Assembly (NCBI GenBank): GCA_963843375.1 | Contig: CAWJKT010000014.1 | Coordinates: 128,001-192,000 of the forward strand | Origin: an uncultured Pseudomonadota bacterium | Lineage (GTDB): Bacteria > Oederibacteriota > Muellerivitia > Muellerivitales > Muellerivitaceae | DNA length: 64,000 bases | Direction: 5' to 3' | Shown: positions 48,718-59,496 of the stretch, piece after piece | Position numbering within the stretch: the first letter of the stretch is position 1 | Layout of the letters: every line of letters begins with the position of its first letter | Notes under the pieces: generated by a model | What the model was told of the DNA's origin: nothing | Databases searched by the model: none | What the model saw: the letters and a program-made list of their open reading frames with translations, nothing else | Program-made: the position numbers and the translations under genes

Positions 48718-49908
48718 CTAAACCGCCTGCCCCGCAGCCCAGCCAGATGACCAAGCCCAGTGAAAGTTGAATCCTCCCAATTGCCCCGTTACATCCAAAA
48801 CCTCGCCGATGAAAAAGAGCCCCGGCACCTTAAGCGATTCCATGGTTCGGGGGGAAAACTCCCGCGTATCCACTCCGCCTCGCATGACTTCCGCCTGCCG
48901 ATAGCCAAAGGTGCCTTCGGGTATGAAGCGGTAGGCATGGATGTCGGCGGCCAAGGCCAAGAGTCGGTCGTTGGAAAGGGCGGACCAAGGCCCCCGGGCT
49001 TCGGCATTCCAGGCGATGCGTTCGGCCAAGCGGCGGGGAATTCGCTCGGACAACCAGACCCGAAACTTGCCCCGGCCTCCGGCGGCCTTGTCTTTTTTCA
49101 ATTTTCGAAAAGTGGACTCCACGGTGAGCTCCGGCACCCAGTTGACCACGATCTCACGGCCGGGTTCCCAATAAAGGGAAGCGTTGAGCATGACGGGGCC
49201 GCTTAGGCCATGGTGGGTGATCATCAGGTCTTCCACCAAATTCCAATCATCGCAGGAAACACCCACCCGAAGGTGGATCCCGGCCAAATCCTTGAAACGG
49301 GTCCATTTCCCTAGGCGGGAAGGTCAGACCGACCAGGGCTGGGGAGGGTTCTATCATTTTCAGGCCGAACTGTTGGGCGATTTGAAACCTAAATCGGTAG
49401 CGCCCAGTTGAGGCCAGGACAATCCTCCCGTTGCCACAACTAGCTTCAAGGCGGAATAGTTCTCTGCATTTATTCGAACAGTAAAGGTATGCTTTCGGCG
49501 TGGAAACTACCTCATCAACCTTTTGCCCCAAAAACATTTTACGCCCTTTCCTGGGCTCTGGTCACCAGAAGGTCAATGATCGCTTTGGCGCTTTTATCAC
49601 AGAACAACTGACCGTCCTTTTTTTCATGGAAGGGAATGGAGCGAGATTGAACGAGAGAGATGAAGTCTTTCGGGGTGAACCGGCGAAAGGGCGTCATCGA
49701 CAAACGCCGGGTTCGATGAGACGTAATTGGCGGGGTAAACATCCAGGTTGGTGAAGTTACAGCGTCCGCCTCCCGAAACAAGGATTTTCGGGCCGGGGCG
49801 ATGTCCTTGTTCTAATACTAATACCTTGCGCCCCCTTGAGGCGGCTTCAGAAGCGCACATAAGGCCCGCGGCTCCGGCACCCAGGACAATGACATCGCAA
49901 GAATTCAT
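48718..49908 (-). pseudogene. HI0933/YhiN-family flavoprotein with multiple frameshifts
   Basis: GAGAAG, KILVSGGGRCNFTN, THHGLSGP, GGVDT, GEVLDVTGQLGGFNFHWAWSSG spread across four or more ORF pieces. Confidence 0.8.
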
Positions 49909-50016
49909 GCGGATAGAATAACAGTCATGGGTTTAGCAGTTCACTATCCAAATCAAAGATGCCCTGGTAATATTCGAATAGAGGCGATTTGTTTGAGAGA
50001 ATCATTTTGACTGGAA

Positions 50017-50834
50017 TCAGCGCAAACTTAGCCAATAGATAAATCCAAGTTGAGGATAAAAAAGAACCGCCAGACAACCCGCGCAAAGAAAGGGCCCGTA
50101 AGGCATGGGCGATTGGCGGCTTAAGCGGCCGGACAATTGAAGCGACAGGCCCAAAAGGCCGCTGATGATGGATCCGATGAAAAGGCCGCCCATCATGCCC
50201 GGTCCCAACCCAAAACCATACCCAGGGCCGCCATCAATTTGATGTCGCCGCCGCCCAATGCGTCCTTTTTTAAGATAAGAGAGCCAAGCCATCCCATGGC
50301 ATAGAGAACTCCCCCGCCAACTAGGAATCCTGTCACCATGGTGCCCGCGCGTTCTTTCCATCCGGTGCCTAACCAGGGGTTGACATAGGCGGCAAATCCA
50401 AAGAGCGCCATTGCCGGAAGGACAATGCGATCCGGAAGTGTCATAGTCATGATATCGATGACGGATAAAAGGATACAGAAAGCCCCCAGGCCCAAGGCCC
50501 AAACCAAGCGAAGGGGATCGGTTTGAAAGTGCAAGAAAACAAAAGCGAAATATAATCCGGTGAAGGCTTCCACCGCCGGATATTGCCAGGAAATCGAATG
50601 GTCGCAATAGCGGCAAGATCCCCTTAAAAGTAAATAACTCAGCAGCGGGATATTGTCCCACCATTTTAAAGGAGTTTTGCATTGCGGACAGCGAGAAGGC
50701 GGCGACAGAATGGAAAGGTCCGCGGGAAACCTAAGGATGCAGACGTTTAAGAAGCTTCCGATGCACAAACCGATTAAGAAAAAGGCCGCCACCGGCAAGG
50801 TTTGAATGATGGATAAACAGATGTTGGGGTCCAT
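50017..50834 (-). CDS. pilD: Type IV prepilin peptidase, frameshift near 50195-50205
   Basis: GSFLNVCILR, CPQC/CRYC, DNIPLLSYL, GGGDIKL; C-terminal MPYGPFL in another frame. Confidence 0.88.
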
Positions 50835-50895
50835 TGAGCTCTCGCGCGTTTAGGATTGAACTTTGGATCAATGATCTCTTTGGTTTTTGATCTTT

Positions 50896-51213
50896 TTACT
50901 TGCGGCGGTCTTCGTGCGGGGGGTGGGGGGATTGCCCCTTGCGCCGGTCCTTGGAATAGAGCACGAAATTGTTATTGATCTTGCGGTAAACATCCTTACT
51001 TTCGGCATCCCAATAGAGGCCGTGGGTAATGGGTTTCAGGTGGATGGGCATGGCCTCGAATTTGGCGCGCCGGTCTTTGGCTACGGGCTGATGGCCTCGG
51101 CGGCGGTCATGGAGGACGAAAGTGAATTGGCTGCCTTGCTTTTTGAGGATGTGTTTTTTGACAGGATCAAAATAAAAGCTTCCGGTCAACTTGATATAGT
51201 TTGCTTCGGACAT
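50896..51213 (-). CDS. Small basic hypothetical protein with two internal repeats
   Basis: GGAGG RBS; LTGSFYFDPVKKHILKK...HDRRR and ITHGLYWDAESKDVYRK...KDRRK. Confidence 0.7.
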   Translation of the reverse strand: MSEANYIKLTGSFYFDPVKKHILKKQGSQFTFVLHDRRRGHQPVAKDRRAKFEAMPIHLKPITHGLYWDAESKDVYRKINNNFVLYSKDRRKGQSPHPPHEDRRK

Positions 51214-51476
51214 GGTTTCCTCCGGAAATCTCCCGCTATTGAAAAACATCCAGGTGCTTTCGTCAAGGCTTAGGACAGTCTTTCGCCCTGGTTATCTAGG
51301 GGTTTTAGGCATAAAACTAAAAAATCAGCGACAAATCGGTTTGAAAACCTGAAGAATTTACCAAAAGAAAAAGAAAGGAAGACGGAGATTCGCTGGTTTC
51401 GATTTTTTAATTTAGGTTGTTCTGAAATATCCGGATGTTATGGGTCGGCAGATGAAAGATAGGCCTTTTAAAAATC

Positions 51477-51869
51477 TCAGCTTTCGTCACTGGATGTGCC
51501 TGCTTCTTCGAGCCGGGTTTGCCAATATATGACTTCCTGTCGCTTGAAATTGATGAGCTGGTTGGCGTGCTGAATATCGGCGGGGGATTGCTGGGTTCCT
51601 TCCATAGAAGACAAGGCGACTTCGGCCTGGTTAACTTGGGAAGACAGGAAAGCGATTTTTTGCTGATGTTGAGATGATATTTCCTGGGTAGCTTTCGATT
51701 TTTGGATGGCGGCCTGGGCGGTGGCTTTGCTTTCCCGATCGACGGCGGCCACGAGTTGATCAATGGCTTGTAAAAAGGGTGCCGTGTCGCCATCGGCGGG
51801 TGAGGTGTTTTTCGTAGTAGAGGGTTGGAGGTCGGATAATAAAGTTGAGATTTGGTTTATGGAATCCAC
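51477..51869 (-). CDS. Hypothetical coiled-coil protein
   Basis: AAGGAG RBS; helical Gln/Ala-rich sequence. Confidence 0.6.
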   Translation of the reverse strand: MDSINQISTLLSDLQPSTTKNTSPADGDTAPFLQAIDQLVAAVDRESKATAQAAIQKSKATQEISSQHQQKIAFLSSQVNQAEVALSSMEGTQQSPADIQHANQLINFKRQEVIYWQTRLEEAGTSSDES

Positions 51870-51970
51870 GGCTTCTGCTCCTTCAACAAACCTAACGGCA
51901 GAAGTGTTCGATACTTTAGGAGGCTATTTTAGGGGAAATTTAAGGAAAAGACCGTTTTCCTTTTCGGGGG

Positions 51971-54895
51971 TCAGGGTGAATCTTCCAAGGCTAAAGAGGC
52001 GTTTGTGCCATCGTATTTAAGGGACCGGGCTTGTTGGGGTTCAAAGGCAAAGCCGATAGGGTGCAGCTTAGAAACTAAAACCACTTGGAAGGTGCGTTTC
52101 TTCAGCATTTCCTTAAAAGAACCTTCCCTAATGCCCACTATCAAGGTTTTGGTGGCATCATTCCAATGGATGGGGATTTGCGAAGAAGCGCCTTTTTCGT
52201 AATCGTAAGTCAGTCCATCATCTTCATACAGGGTCAAGTCGCCATCGGCCCCTTCGTAAACGTAAAGAGTGATGGGATCCTGTGGTTTTTCGGCAATGTA
52301 TTGGAGTTCAGGGCCGAAGGGAAGTATGGAGCCCGCCCGGACGAAGAGGGGAATGGAGTCGTAAGGAGCGTCGACTTTCTGTAATCCGGAAGGCATAGGC
52401 TTGCCCGTCCAGAAGTCATACCAGATAGTTTTTTTGGGCAAATAAACATTACGGCTTCTCGCTTTATATTGAGTTATTGGAGCCACTAATAAGGCCCGTC
52501 CGAACATATATTCATCCGTAAGTTCTCTGGCAGTTTCGTCTTGGGGAAAATCCATGACCAAAGGTCGCATGAAGGTTCCGCCTTGGTTCGTGGCATTGGC
52601 GGCCAAGGAATATAGGTACGGGAACATCCGATACCGCAGACGGTCAAACTTGAGTTCGGCCTTGTAGGCATGGGAGGATTCGCCGCCAAGTGTCCACATT
52701 TCCCGGGGGCGCAGTTCGCCATGGACCCGCAAGAGCGGGCAGAAGGTTCCGAATTCGAACCAGCGGGTGTTCAACTCCCGCCATTCTTCCTCGTCCCGGG
52801 CTTTGGGATTTTTGGCTGAGAACTTGTTTTGCATGGTGTAGCCGGCGATATCGGATGACCAATAGGGCATGCCCGACAGGCTGAAATTGAGACCCGCGGG
52901 GATTTGTTTGGCTAAAACCGCCCAAGTGGAGGTGATATCGCCGGACCAGACGGAAGCCGCGTAACGCTGCTCACCGGAAAAAGCGGAACGAGTAAGAATG
53001 AAAACCCTCTGTCCAGGGGCGGAGGACCTTTGGCCCTCGTAAACCGCCTTGCTGTTCATCAGGGGATAGCCCAAGAGCATTCGCGAACCCGTGCCCATCG
53101 CCGTAGGGTTCATGTGGCTTTTCAGCGCTTCCAGGTTTGGCGGCGAGGGGGTCAGGTCGGGTTCGGTGGAATCCAGCCACCAGGCGTCGATCCCCTTTTT
53201 AAAAAGGTCCCGGTTGATCTGGTTCCAGAAGAGCGCGCGGGCGCCGGAATTGAAGGCGTCGTAGAAGGTGTAGGGAAAACCCAGCCAATCTTTCATGCCT
53301 TCCTTCAGGTTGGGCCCGAAAAGATAACCCTTTTCGTTCATGGATTTGAAGTTGTCCGTGCCGGTGTAGAACTTACTCCAGACTGAAATCATGACATGAG
53401 CGTGTCTGTCGTGGAGGGCTCTCACCCAGCCCTCGGGGTCAGGGAACCGGGATGGTTCAAAACGGTGGGAACCCCAGGTTCCATCGGCCCAGTAACGCCA
53501 GTCCTGTACGATGTTATCAAAGGGAATGAGACGCTTGCGGAAGCCGTTCACCACATCCAAGCTTTGTTGGGCGGTCTCATAGCGCTGCCGGGACTGCCAA
53601 AGTCCGAAGGCCCAGGAGGGCATCAAGGGTGCCTGACCGGTGAGGAACCGGTATCCGCCCAGGACCTTGTCCAATTCGGGCCCGTAAATAAAGTAGTAAT
53701 CCGTTCCGTCACCTACTTCGGACCAAAGGGAGGTGTCGCCGGAGGAGGCGGGTGTTTTCCAGGTAAAACGAAAGGTCGTGCCTTGTTCCGTCTTCCATTC
53801 GATCTTAAGCGCGTAACTTTTTCCGGCGGACAGTTTCACCTTGGCCCGATCATGGTCGGAAAGCCAGGCCTGCCGCCAGTGATCCATGACCAACCGGCCT
53901 TCCAGCCAGACTTTGATTCCGCCGTTCGAATAGCAGTCCAATTGATAGTCGCCGCTTTCAGGAGCCTTGAGAAATCCTTTCCAGACCCTGCTGGAGGCAT
54001 TCTGTTTTTCCTTAGCGGGTTTGTAGGCGATATTTAGGCTGGAATCCTGGGACGCCGGGGCGGAACCTTCCAGCGGACTAACGGTCAAACCTCCCGGCGA
54101 ATGATCTTTGTCCAACAGATACTCCGGGGGGATGGGGACAAAGTCCCTCAGATCCCCGAAACGGGTAAAGGAAGTGTTGTCCCAAAGGATGCCATAACCT
54201 TTACTGGAGACCAGGAAGGGAATGGCCGCATTGGTGTTGTGCTGCCACAAGTCCAGGTCATAGCCTTTCAAATCCAGCATTCCGAATTGGTTCTGGCCGA
54301 GTCCATAAAGGGATTCGTTGGGGTGGCTGAGCCATTGTTGGCGAATATGAAAAGTCTCTTCGCCCTGAACTTGGGCGGGTTCGATTTGGCGTTCCTCTTC
54401 CGTAAGAATCGAAAGCCCTTTGGTATCAAGGAAATGGACGTGGCCGGTGGAGCGGTCAATGAAGACGGTCAGATATTTTCCCTTGAGGTTCCACCCCTGA
54501 ACAGTTGATTCCAATGCGCATTCGATATTGGGAGTGGATTGGCCCACGATATCGATCGTCTTGCGATTGAAAAAATTACGGTCTTTGGCGAAAGCGACAC
54601 GGACAATGTCATCGGAAAAAAACTGGACATTGAGAAAGCCGCCCGGAAATTCAACGATGGCGCCGTTTGGTTGTTTTTCGGCCTGTTCGGATGCTTGGCT
54701 TGAAACGGAGATGAATCCGAGAGATAAAAGGATGAAGAGAAAAACGAACGATGCCTTATTTGAACTTTGACCCAAGTTTTCTTCCTTAGCCGCAACTTTT
54801 AAGATGTAGGGACGATCTTTTATAGCGAAAAATATCCTGAGGCGCCACGAATCCTTTGGATGAAATACTTTGAAACTGGGGCAAGAATGTTTCAA
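51971..54895 (-). CDS. GH31 alpha-xylosidase with PA14 insert
   Basis: IVQDWRYW, WWLDSTEPD nucleophile motif, WSGDI, WSSDIAG, LRVHG; PA14-like insert. Start may be TTG at 54775. Confidence 0.92.
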   Translation of the reverse strand: MKHSCPSFKVFHPKDSWRLRIFFAIKDRPYILKVAAKEENLGQSSNKASFVFLFILLSLGFISVSSQASEQAEKQPNGAIVEFPGGFLNVQFFSDDIVRVAFAKDRNFFNRKTIDIVGQSTPNIECALESTVQGWNLKGKYLTVFIDRSTGHVHFLDTKGLSILTEEERQIEPAQVQGEETFHIRQQWLSHPNESLYGLGQNQFGMLDLKGYDLDLWQHNTNAAIPFLVSSKGYGILWDNTSFTRFGDLRDFVPIPPEYLLDKDHSPGGLTVSPLEGSAPASQDSSLNIAYKPAKEKQNASSRVWKGFLKAPESGDYQLDCYSNGGIKVWLEGRLVMDHWRQAWLSDHDRAKVKLSAGKSYALKIEWKTEQGTTFRFTWKTPASSGDTSLWSEVGDGTDYYFIYGPELDKVLGGYRFLTGQAPLMPSWAFGLWQSRQRYETAQQSLDVVNGFRKRLIPFDNIVQDWRYWADGTWGSHRFEPSRFPDPEGWVRALHDRHAHVMISVWSKFYTGTDNFKSMNEKGYLFGPNLKEGMKDWLGFPYTFYDAFNSGARALFWNQINRDLFKKGIDAWWLDSTEPDLTPSPPNLEALKSHMNPTAMGTGSRMLLGYPLMNSKAVYEGQRSSAPGQRVFILTRSAFSGEQRYAASVWSGDITSTWAVLAKQIPAGLNFSLSGMPYWSSDIAGYTMQNKFSAKNPKARDEEEWRELNTRWFEFGTFCPLLRVHGELRPREMWTLGGESSHAYKAELKFDRLRYRMFPYLYSLAANATNQGGTFMRPLVMDFPQDETARELTDEYMFGRALLVAPITQYKARSRNVYLPKKTIWYDFWTGKPMPSGLQKVDAPYDSIPLFVRAGSILPFGPELQYIAEKPQDPITLYVYEGADGDLTLYEDDGLTYDYEKGASSQIPIHWNDATKTLIVGIREGSFKEMLKKRTFQVVLVSKLHPIGFAFEPQQARSLKYDGTNASLALEDSP

Positions 54896-54988
54896 TTATT
54901 TGGGTGAAAGGGGGAATTCCCCCGTGACCTTTTTCGGGATGGAGTTAATAATAGGCGCCTTCCCGATATCCCCTGTTTTGGAGGTTGG

Positions 54989-57106
54989 ATGCGATTCAGG
55001 AAAAAGTCTTGTGCTGCTCTTGTTGTCGTTTTATTGATTTGTTCTTTTTATCCAATGCATCCCATATTTGCCAAGGATTCCATGAAAACCTTTCATAACC
55101 CCATTATTTCCGGTTTCCATCCCGATCCGAGTATCGTGCGGGTAGGGGATGATTTTTACCTGACTAACTCCACCTTTGAGTATTTTCCAGGACTTCCTAT
55201 CTACCATAGCCGGGATCTTGTCCACTGGACCCTCATCGGCAATGCCCTGGATCGAGAGAGCCAGCTCCCCTTGAAAGGCGCCACTGATTATGGGGGGCTT
55301 TACGCCCCGACCATTCGCTATTGGAAGGGGCTTTTCTACCTGACCTGCAACAACGTTAGCGGCGGAAAAAACTTTATCGTCACCGCGAAGAACCCGGCGG
55401 GACCCTGGTCCGAACCCATGTGGATGAACGATGACGAAATCGACGGGTCCATGTTTTTTGACGATGATGGAAAGGCTTATTACACCCGGCATGGGGATGG
55501 GGAAAAGGGGGGGATCGCCCAAGCTGAGTTCGATTCGGCAACGGGAAAACTCACGACACTCATGAAGGTCATTTTTAACGACCTGAAGGAGTCCTGGAAC
55601 GAAGGGCCCCACCTTTACAGGATGAAAGGCCGCTATTACCTGATGCTGGCGGAAGGCGGCACCGGCGACCAGCATATGGAGGTCATTCATCGTTCCGATT
55701 CGCCCTGGGGTCCCTGGGAACCATGTCCCTATAATCCCATTCTGACCGAAAGGGACGATCCCAAGAGCCCCATCCAATGCACGGGCCATGCCGACCTGAT
55801 TGAGGCTCCCGATGGAACCTGGTGGATGGTCTTCCTGGGAGTCCGCCCTCAGAAGGGCAAATCGGTGCTGGGTCGGGAAACATTTCTGGCCCCCGTAAGC
55901 TGGACCTCCGATGGCTGGCCGGTAGTGAACGGGGACCATCATGTGGCGCTCGAAATGCCGGCGCCAGCCTTGCCGACCCAACCGTCGCTGAAGCCGACGA
56001 CCCGTTGGGATTTCGCAATGATCAAAAAACTAGGTCCGGAATGGATTAGGGTCCGCAATGGGAACCCCGCAGACTTGTCTCTCGAAGCCCGGCTAGGCTG
56101 TTTGAGGATTCTTTGCGCGCAGGATTCCTTGAGCAATAAGCTGGAGGAACCCGCCTTCGTGGGCCAGCGCCAGAGGGATTTCCGGTTCATGGCGAGCACA
56201 TCCATGGAATTCCGACCCTCCCAAAATGGGGAGGAGGCGGGTCTTTGTGTACGGGCCAATGACAATAACCATTACGAAGTCGGGGTGGAATGGGTCGATG
56301 GGAAGACCCAAGTTTTCGTGCGCAATACAGTCAAGGGCCTGGCCTACACCCTGGACCACCGCCGCCTGGACCAGAGCCATGTGGGCTTAAGGATCTCAGG
56401 GGACGAGGACCAATATCAGTTCGCCTGGTCCAAGGATGGAACCACATGGGAGACCCTGGGCGCGTCACCCTCGGAGGACCTTTCCCGGGAAATGGCGGGG
56501 GGCTTCACCGGGACGGTTATTGGGCTTTACGCTTCCTCCAACGGGAAGCCCTCTAAGGCCTTTGCCGATTTCGGGCGGTTCGGGATGGAGGATGGAAAAA
56601 CTTTGGAACCGGCCGCCCTTTTGCCTAGGCCCACGCCCATACCCCTGACTCCCTCCGATGTTTGGCGGATCCGCTGCGGTGGAAGTTCTTGGACCGACCG
56701 GTCGGGACACAAGTGGAGCGAGGATATCGGCTGGACCAGCGGTGATACCGTTGGCACGGGAAGTCCCATTGACGCTCCTCAAGACCGCGAGCTTTACGCC
56801 ACCGAGCGTTGGGGCGCTGAATTCAGTTACCGGTTACCCGTTCCGCCGGGCAAGTACCGGGTGACCCTCAAGTTCGCTGAATCCTACGTAAATCATCCGG
56901 GTGAAAGGGTTTTCGACGTTCTGCTAAACGGCAACAAGGTGTTGGACCATTTCGACATCCTCAAAGAGGCCGGAGCCATGAACAAGGGAATCGACCGGAC
57001 ATTTTCGGAAATCAAAATGAACTCGCCGGGGATTATCGAGATTCGTTTCGTGGCTTCGGTCCAGAACGCTAAAGTCTGCGCCATTGAGATTGTCCCGCAG
57101 AAATAG
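54989..57106 (+). CDS. GH43 beta-xylosidase/arabinofuranosidase with C-terminal malectin domain
   Basis: NPIISGFHPDPSIVRVG, EGPHLY, GHADL, LGRETFL, GGFTG; malectin LYATER...LKFAE..RVFDV. Confidence 0.93.
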   Translation: MRFRKKSCAALVVVLLICSFYPMHPIFAKDSMKTFHNPIISGFHPDPSIVRVGDDFYLTNSTFEYFPGLPIYHSRDLVHWTLIGNALDRESQLPLKGATDYGGLYAPTIRYWKGLFYLTCNNVSGGKNFIVTAKNPAGPWSEPMWMNDDEIDGSMFFDDDGKAYYTRHGDGEKGGIAQAEFDSATGKLTTLMKVIFNDLKESWNEGPHLYRMKGRYYLMLAEGGTGDQHMEVIHRSDSPWGPWEPCPYNPILTERDDPKSPIQCTGHADLIEAPDGTWWMVFLGVRPQKGKSVLGRETFLAPVSWTSDGWPVVNGDHHVALEMPAPALPTQPSLKPTTRWDFAMIKKLGPEWIRVRNGNPADLSLEARLGCLRILCAQDSLSNKLEEPAFVGQRQRDFRFMASTSMEFRPSQNGEEAGLCVRANDNNHYEVGVEWVDGKTQVFVRNTVKGLAYTLDHRRLDQSHVGLRISGDEDQYQFAWSKDGTTWETLGASPSEDLSREMAGGFTGTVIGLYASSNGKPSKAFADFGRFGMEDGKTLEPAALLPRPTPIPLTPSDVWRIRCGGSSWTDRSGHKWSEDIGWTSGDTVGTGSPIDAPQDRELYATERWGAEFSYRLPVPPGKYRVTLKFAESYVNHPGERVFDVLLNGNKVLDHFDILKEAGAMNKGIDRTFSEIKMNSPGIIEIRFVASVQNAKVCAIEIVPQK

Positions 57107-57168
57107 AACGGAAGCCGGTAAGGCCCATCAGCCGCTGGCCGAGGAAATTAATAAAACCATGAGTCAAT

Positions 57169-59454
57169 ATGACGGTAAGAAAGGAATCCTCTTTGGAAAA
57201 GTCCCTCGGAATTTTCTCCTTCATGAAGAATAAACGACGCCTTTTTTACTTCCTGGCTTCCTGGCTTTGTGTCGGGAGTTCGGTTTGTGCCGATAACCTG
57301 AAGTGGGAATCGGCGGCCACGAGGGCCAAGGTGGACAAGAAGGTCGCGTTAGTGGAGAAGGAAATTGAGAAGGGTTCCTTCAAGGACGACTGGGACTCCC
57401 TCAAAAAATATCAGATACCCGATTGGTACCAAGACGCCAAGTTCGGCATTTTTATGCATTGGGGCCTCTATTCGGTGCCGGGCTACGCCAACGAATGGTA
57501 CTCCCGCAATATGTACCAGCAGGGTGACGATGCCTTCAAATACCATGTGGCCACTTATGGCCCACAAAGCAAGTTCGGTTATAAGGACTTTGCGCCCCTT
57601 TTCACCGCCGAGAAATTCGATCCCGCTCATTGGGCCCATATGTTCAAAGAAGCCGGGGCTCAGTATGTGATTCCCGTAGCCGAGCACCATGACGGATTCG
57701 CCATGTATGACTCAGACTTTTCCCGTTGGACCGCCAAAAAGATGGGCCCCAAAAGGGACGTGATTGGGGAATTGGCAAAGGCCGTCCGGGCCGAGGGGCT
57801 GGTTTTCGGTTTGTCCTCACACCGCGCCGAGCATTGGTGGTTCATGAGCGGCGGCACCCAGTTTGATTCGGACGTCCAGGACCCCAAGTATGCCGATTTT
57901 TACGGCCCCGCCCGGAAGGACTACAGCGATCCGGATGATGAATATATGCGCAACTGGTTGGCCCGGTCCGCCGAGCTGGTGGATAAATACCGTCCGCAAG
58001 TCGTCTATTTCGACTGGTGGATCGGGGAAACTTCCGTCTTCGCGCCTTATTTGAAAAAATTTGCCGCCTATTATTACAACCGGGCCAAGGAATGGGGAGA
58101 AGGGGTGGTCTTGAATACCAAAGACAAGGCTTTCGTCCCCGGTACGGCGGTGCAAGACGTGGAAAAGGGCAAGCTTCCCGGAATCAATCCCGTCGCCTGG
58201 CAGACCGACACCTCCATCAGTTGGAGATCCTGGGCTTTCCTGAAGGATGACCAATTGAAGGATTCGGGATACCTTATCCGGACCCTCATTGACGCCGTCA
58301 GCAAGAACGGGAATCTCCTGTTGGATATCGGGCCGGCTCCGGATGGGACGATTCCCGAGGGCCAAGAGAAAGTCCTTTTGGAAATAGGGGATTGGCTAAA
58401 GGTGAACGGGGAGGCTATCTATGGCACCCGGCCCTGGATCGTCAGCGGGGAGGGTCCCACCCAGGAGGAAGGGGGCAAGTTCAGTGAAAAGGATCTGAAG
58501 TATCAGGAAGGGGACGTGCGCTTCACCCGAAAGGGAAACTCGCTTTATGTTCTTTCTATGGTCCCTCCCACCAAGACGATTAAAATTGCTTTGCTAGGAA
58601 AAAAGTCGGCTCCGGGCGTCTTCATACAAGAAGTTTCCCTTCTTGGGTCGACTGAAAAGGTGAACTGGGAAAGGCAAGACGATGGGTTGAGACTTGCGCC
58701 TCCCATCCAAAAGGCTGACCTGCCCGTCGTTTACAAGGTGTTATTGGAGGGGGCCCAATGGGGCGATTTGAAAATGGAAACGGCTTCCACTGGTTTTAAA
58801 ACGAAAGCGGTCATCCAGAATTACGGGGATAAAGAAACGGTGGAAGAGGCCAACCTGATGGTGAATGGGAAAAAAGTCTCTTCCCAATGGGTCACGGTCG
58901 AGGGGAAATCCACTTCCGTTTTTGAGACGCCATATGAAGCCCCGCAAGCGGGGGTCTATGAGGTTTCTTTAACTTCACCCGGCCAGGCGGCCTTATCCAC
59001 CTATGCGACTCTTCCGGCGATAGACCTTTCCGGGGAATGGCTATTCCATGAAAAGGACGATCCCGCCTGGTCCAAGACGGATTTGGAGGATAGTTCCTGG
59101 GAAAAAGTTAATATTCCCGGCAAATGGGAGAGCCTTGGTTATCAATGCGAGAATTGTTACGGCTGGTACCGCAAGCATTTGCTGATTCCCGAGCAATGGA
59201 AAGGGCATTCGATTATCCTGCCCTTAGGCAAGATCGACGACGCGGACATTTCCTATTTCAACGGGAAAGAGATTGGACGAATGGGGTCTTTTCCTCCGAA
59301 GTTTGAAACGGCATGGAATCAGGAGAGGCATTATGAGGTGCCCGGGGAATTGATTCACTATGGCAAGGATAATGTGGTCGCGATACGGGTTTATAACGGT
59401 CCGGGAGGGGCGGGTTTGTATGATGGACCTTTAAGTCCAATAGAAGTTAAATGA
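57169..59454 (+). CDS. GH29 alpha-L-fucosidase with C-terminal jelly-roll domain
   Basis: AKFGIFMHWG, AEHHDGF, YFDW, VSKNGNLLL, NGEAIYGTRPW; WYRK...LGKIDDAD. Confidence 0.93.
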   Translation: MTVRKESSLEKSLGIFSFMKNKRRLFYFLASWLCVGSSVCADNLKWESAATRAKVDKKVALVEKEIEKGSFKDDWDSLKKYQIPDWYQDAKFGIFMHWGLYSVPGYANEWYSRNMYQQGDDAFKYHVATYGPQSKFGYKDFAPLFTAEKFDPAHWAHMFKEAGAQYVIPVAEHHDGFAMYDSDFSRWTAKKMGPKRDVIGELAKAVRAEGLVFGLSSHRAEHWWFMSGGTQFDSDVQDPKYADFYGPARKDYSDPDDEYMRNWLARSAELVDKYRPQVVYFDWWIGETSVFAPYLKKFAAYYYNRAKEWGEGVVLNTKDKAFVPGTAVQDVEKGKLPGINPVAWQTDTSISWRSWAFLKDDQLKDSGYLIRTLIDAVSKNGNLLLDIGPAPDGTIPEGQEKVLLEIGDWLKVNGEAIYGTRPWIVSGEGPTQEEGGKFSEKDLKYQEGDVRFTRKGNSLYVLSMVPPTKTIKIALLGKKSAPGVFIQEVSLLGSTEKVNWERQDDGLRLAPPIQKADLPVVYKVLLEGAQWGDLKMETASTGFKTKAVIQNYGDKETVEEANLMVNGKKVSSQWVTVEGKSTSVFETPYEAPQAGVYEVSLTSPGQAALSTYATLPAIDLSGEWLFHEKDDPAWSKTDLEDSSWEKVNIPGKWESLGYQCENCYGWYRKHLLIPEQWKGHSIILPLGKIDDADISYFNGKEIGRMGSFPPKFETAWNQERHYEVPGELIHYGKDNVVAIRVYNGPGGAGLYDGPLSPIEVK

Positions 59455-59496
59455 GGTTTTATTGAATTCATAACGGATAAACCCAAGGGAGATGAA

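Noticed and set aside
50873..50895. GATCT...GATCT pair as a fifth arm site
   Set aside because: Spacing is 16 bp rather than 11, and no core lies upstream.
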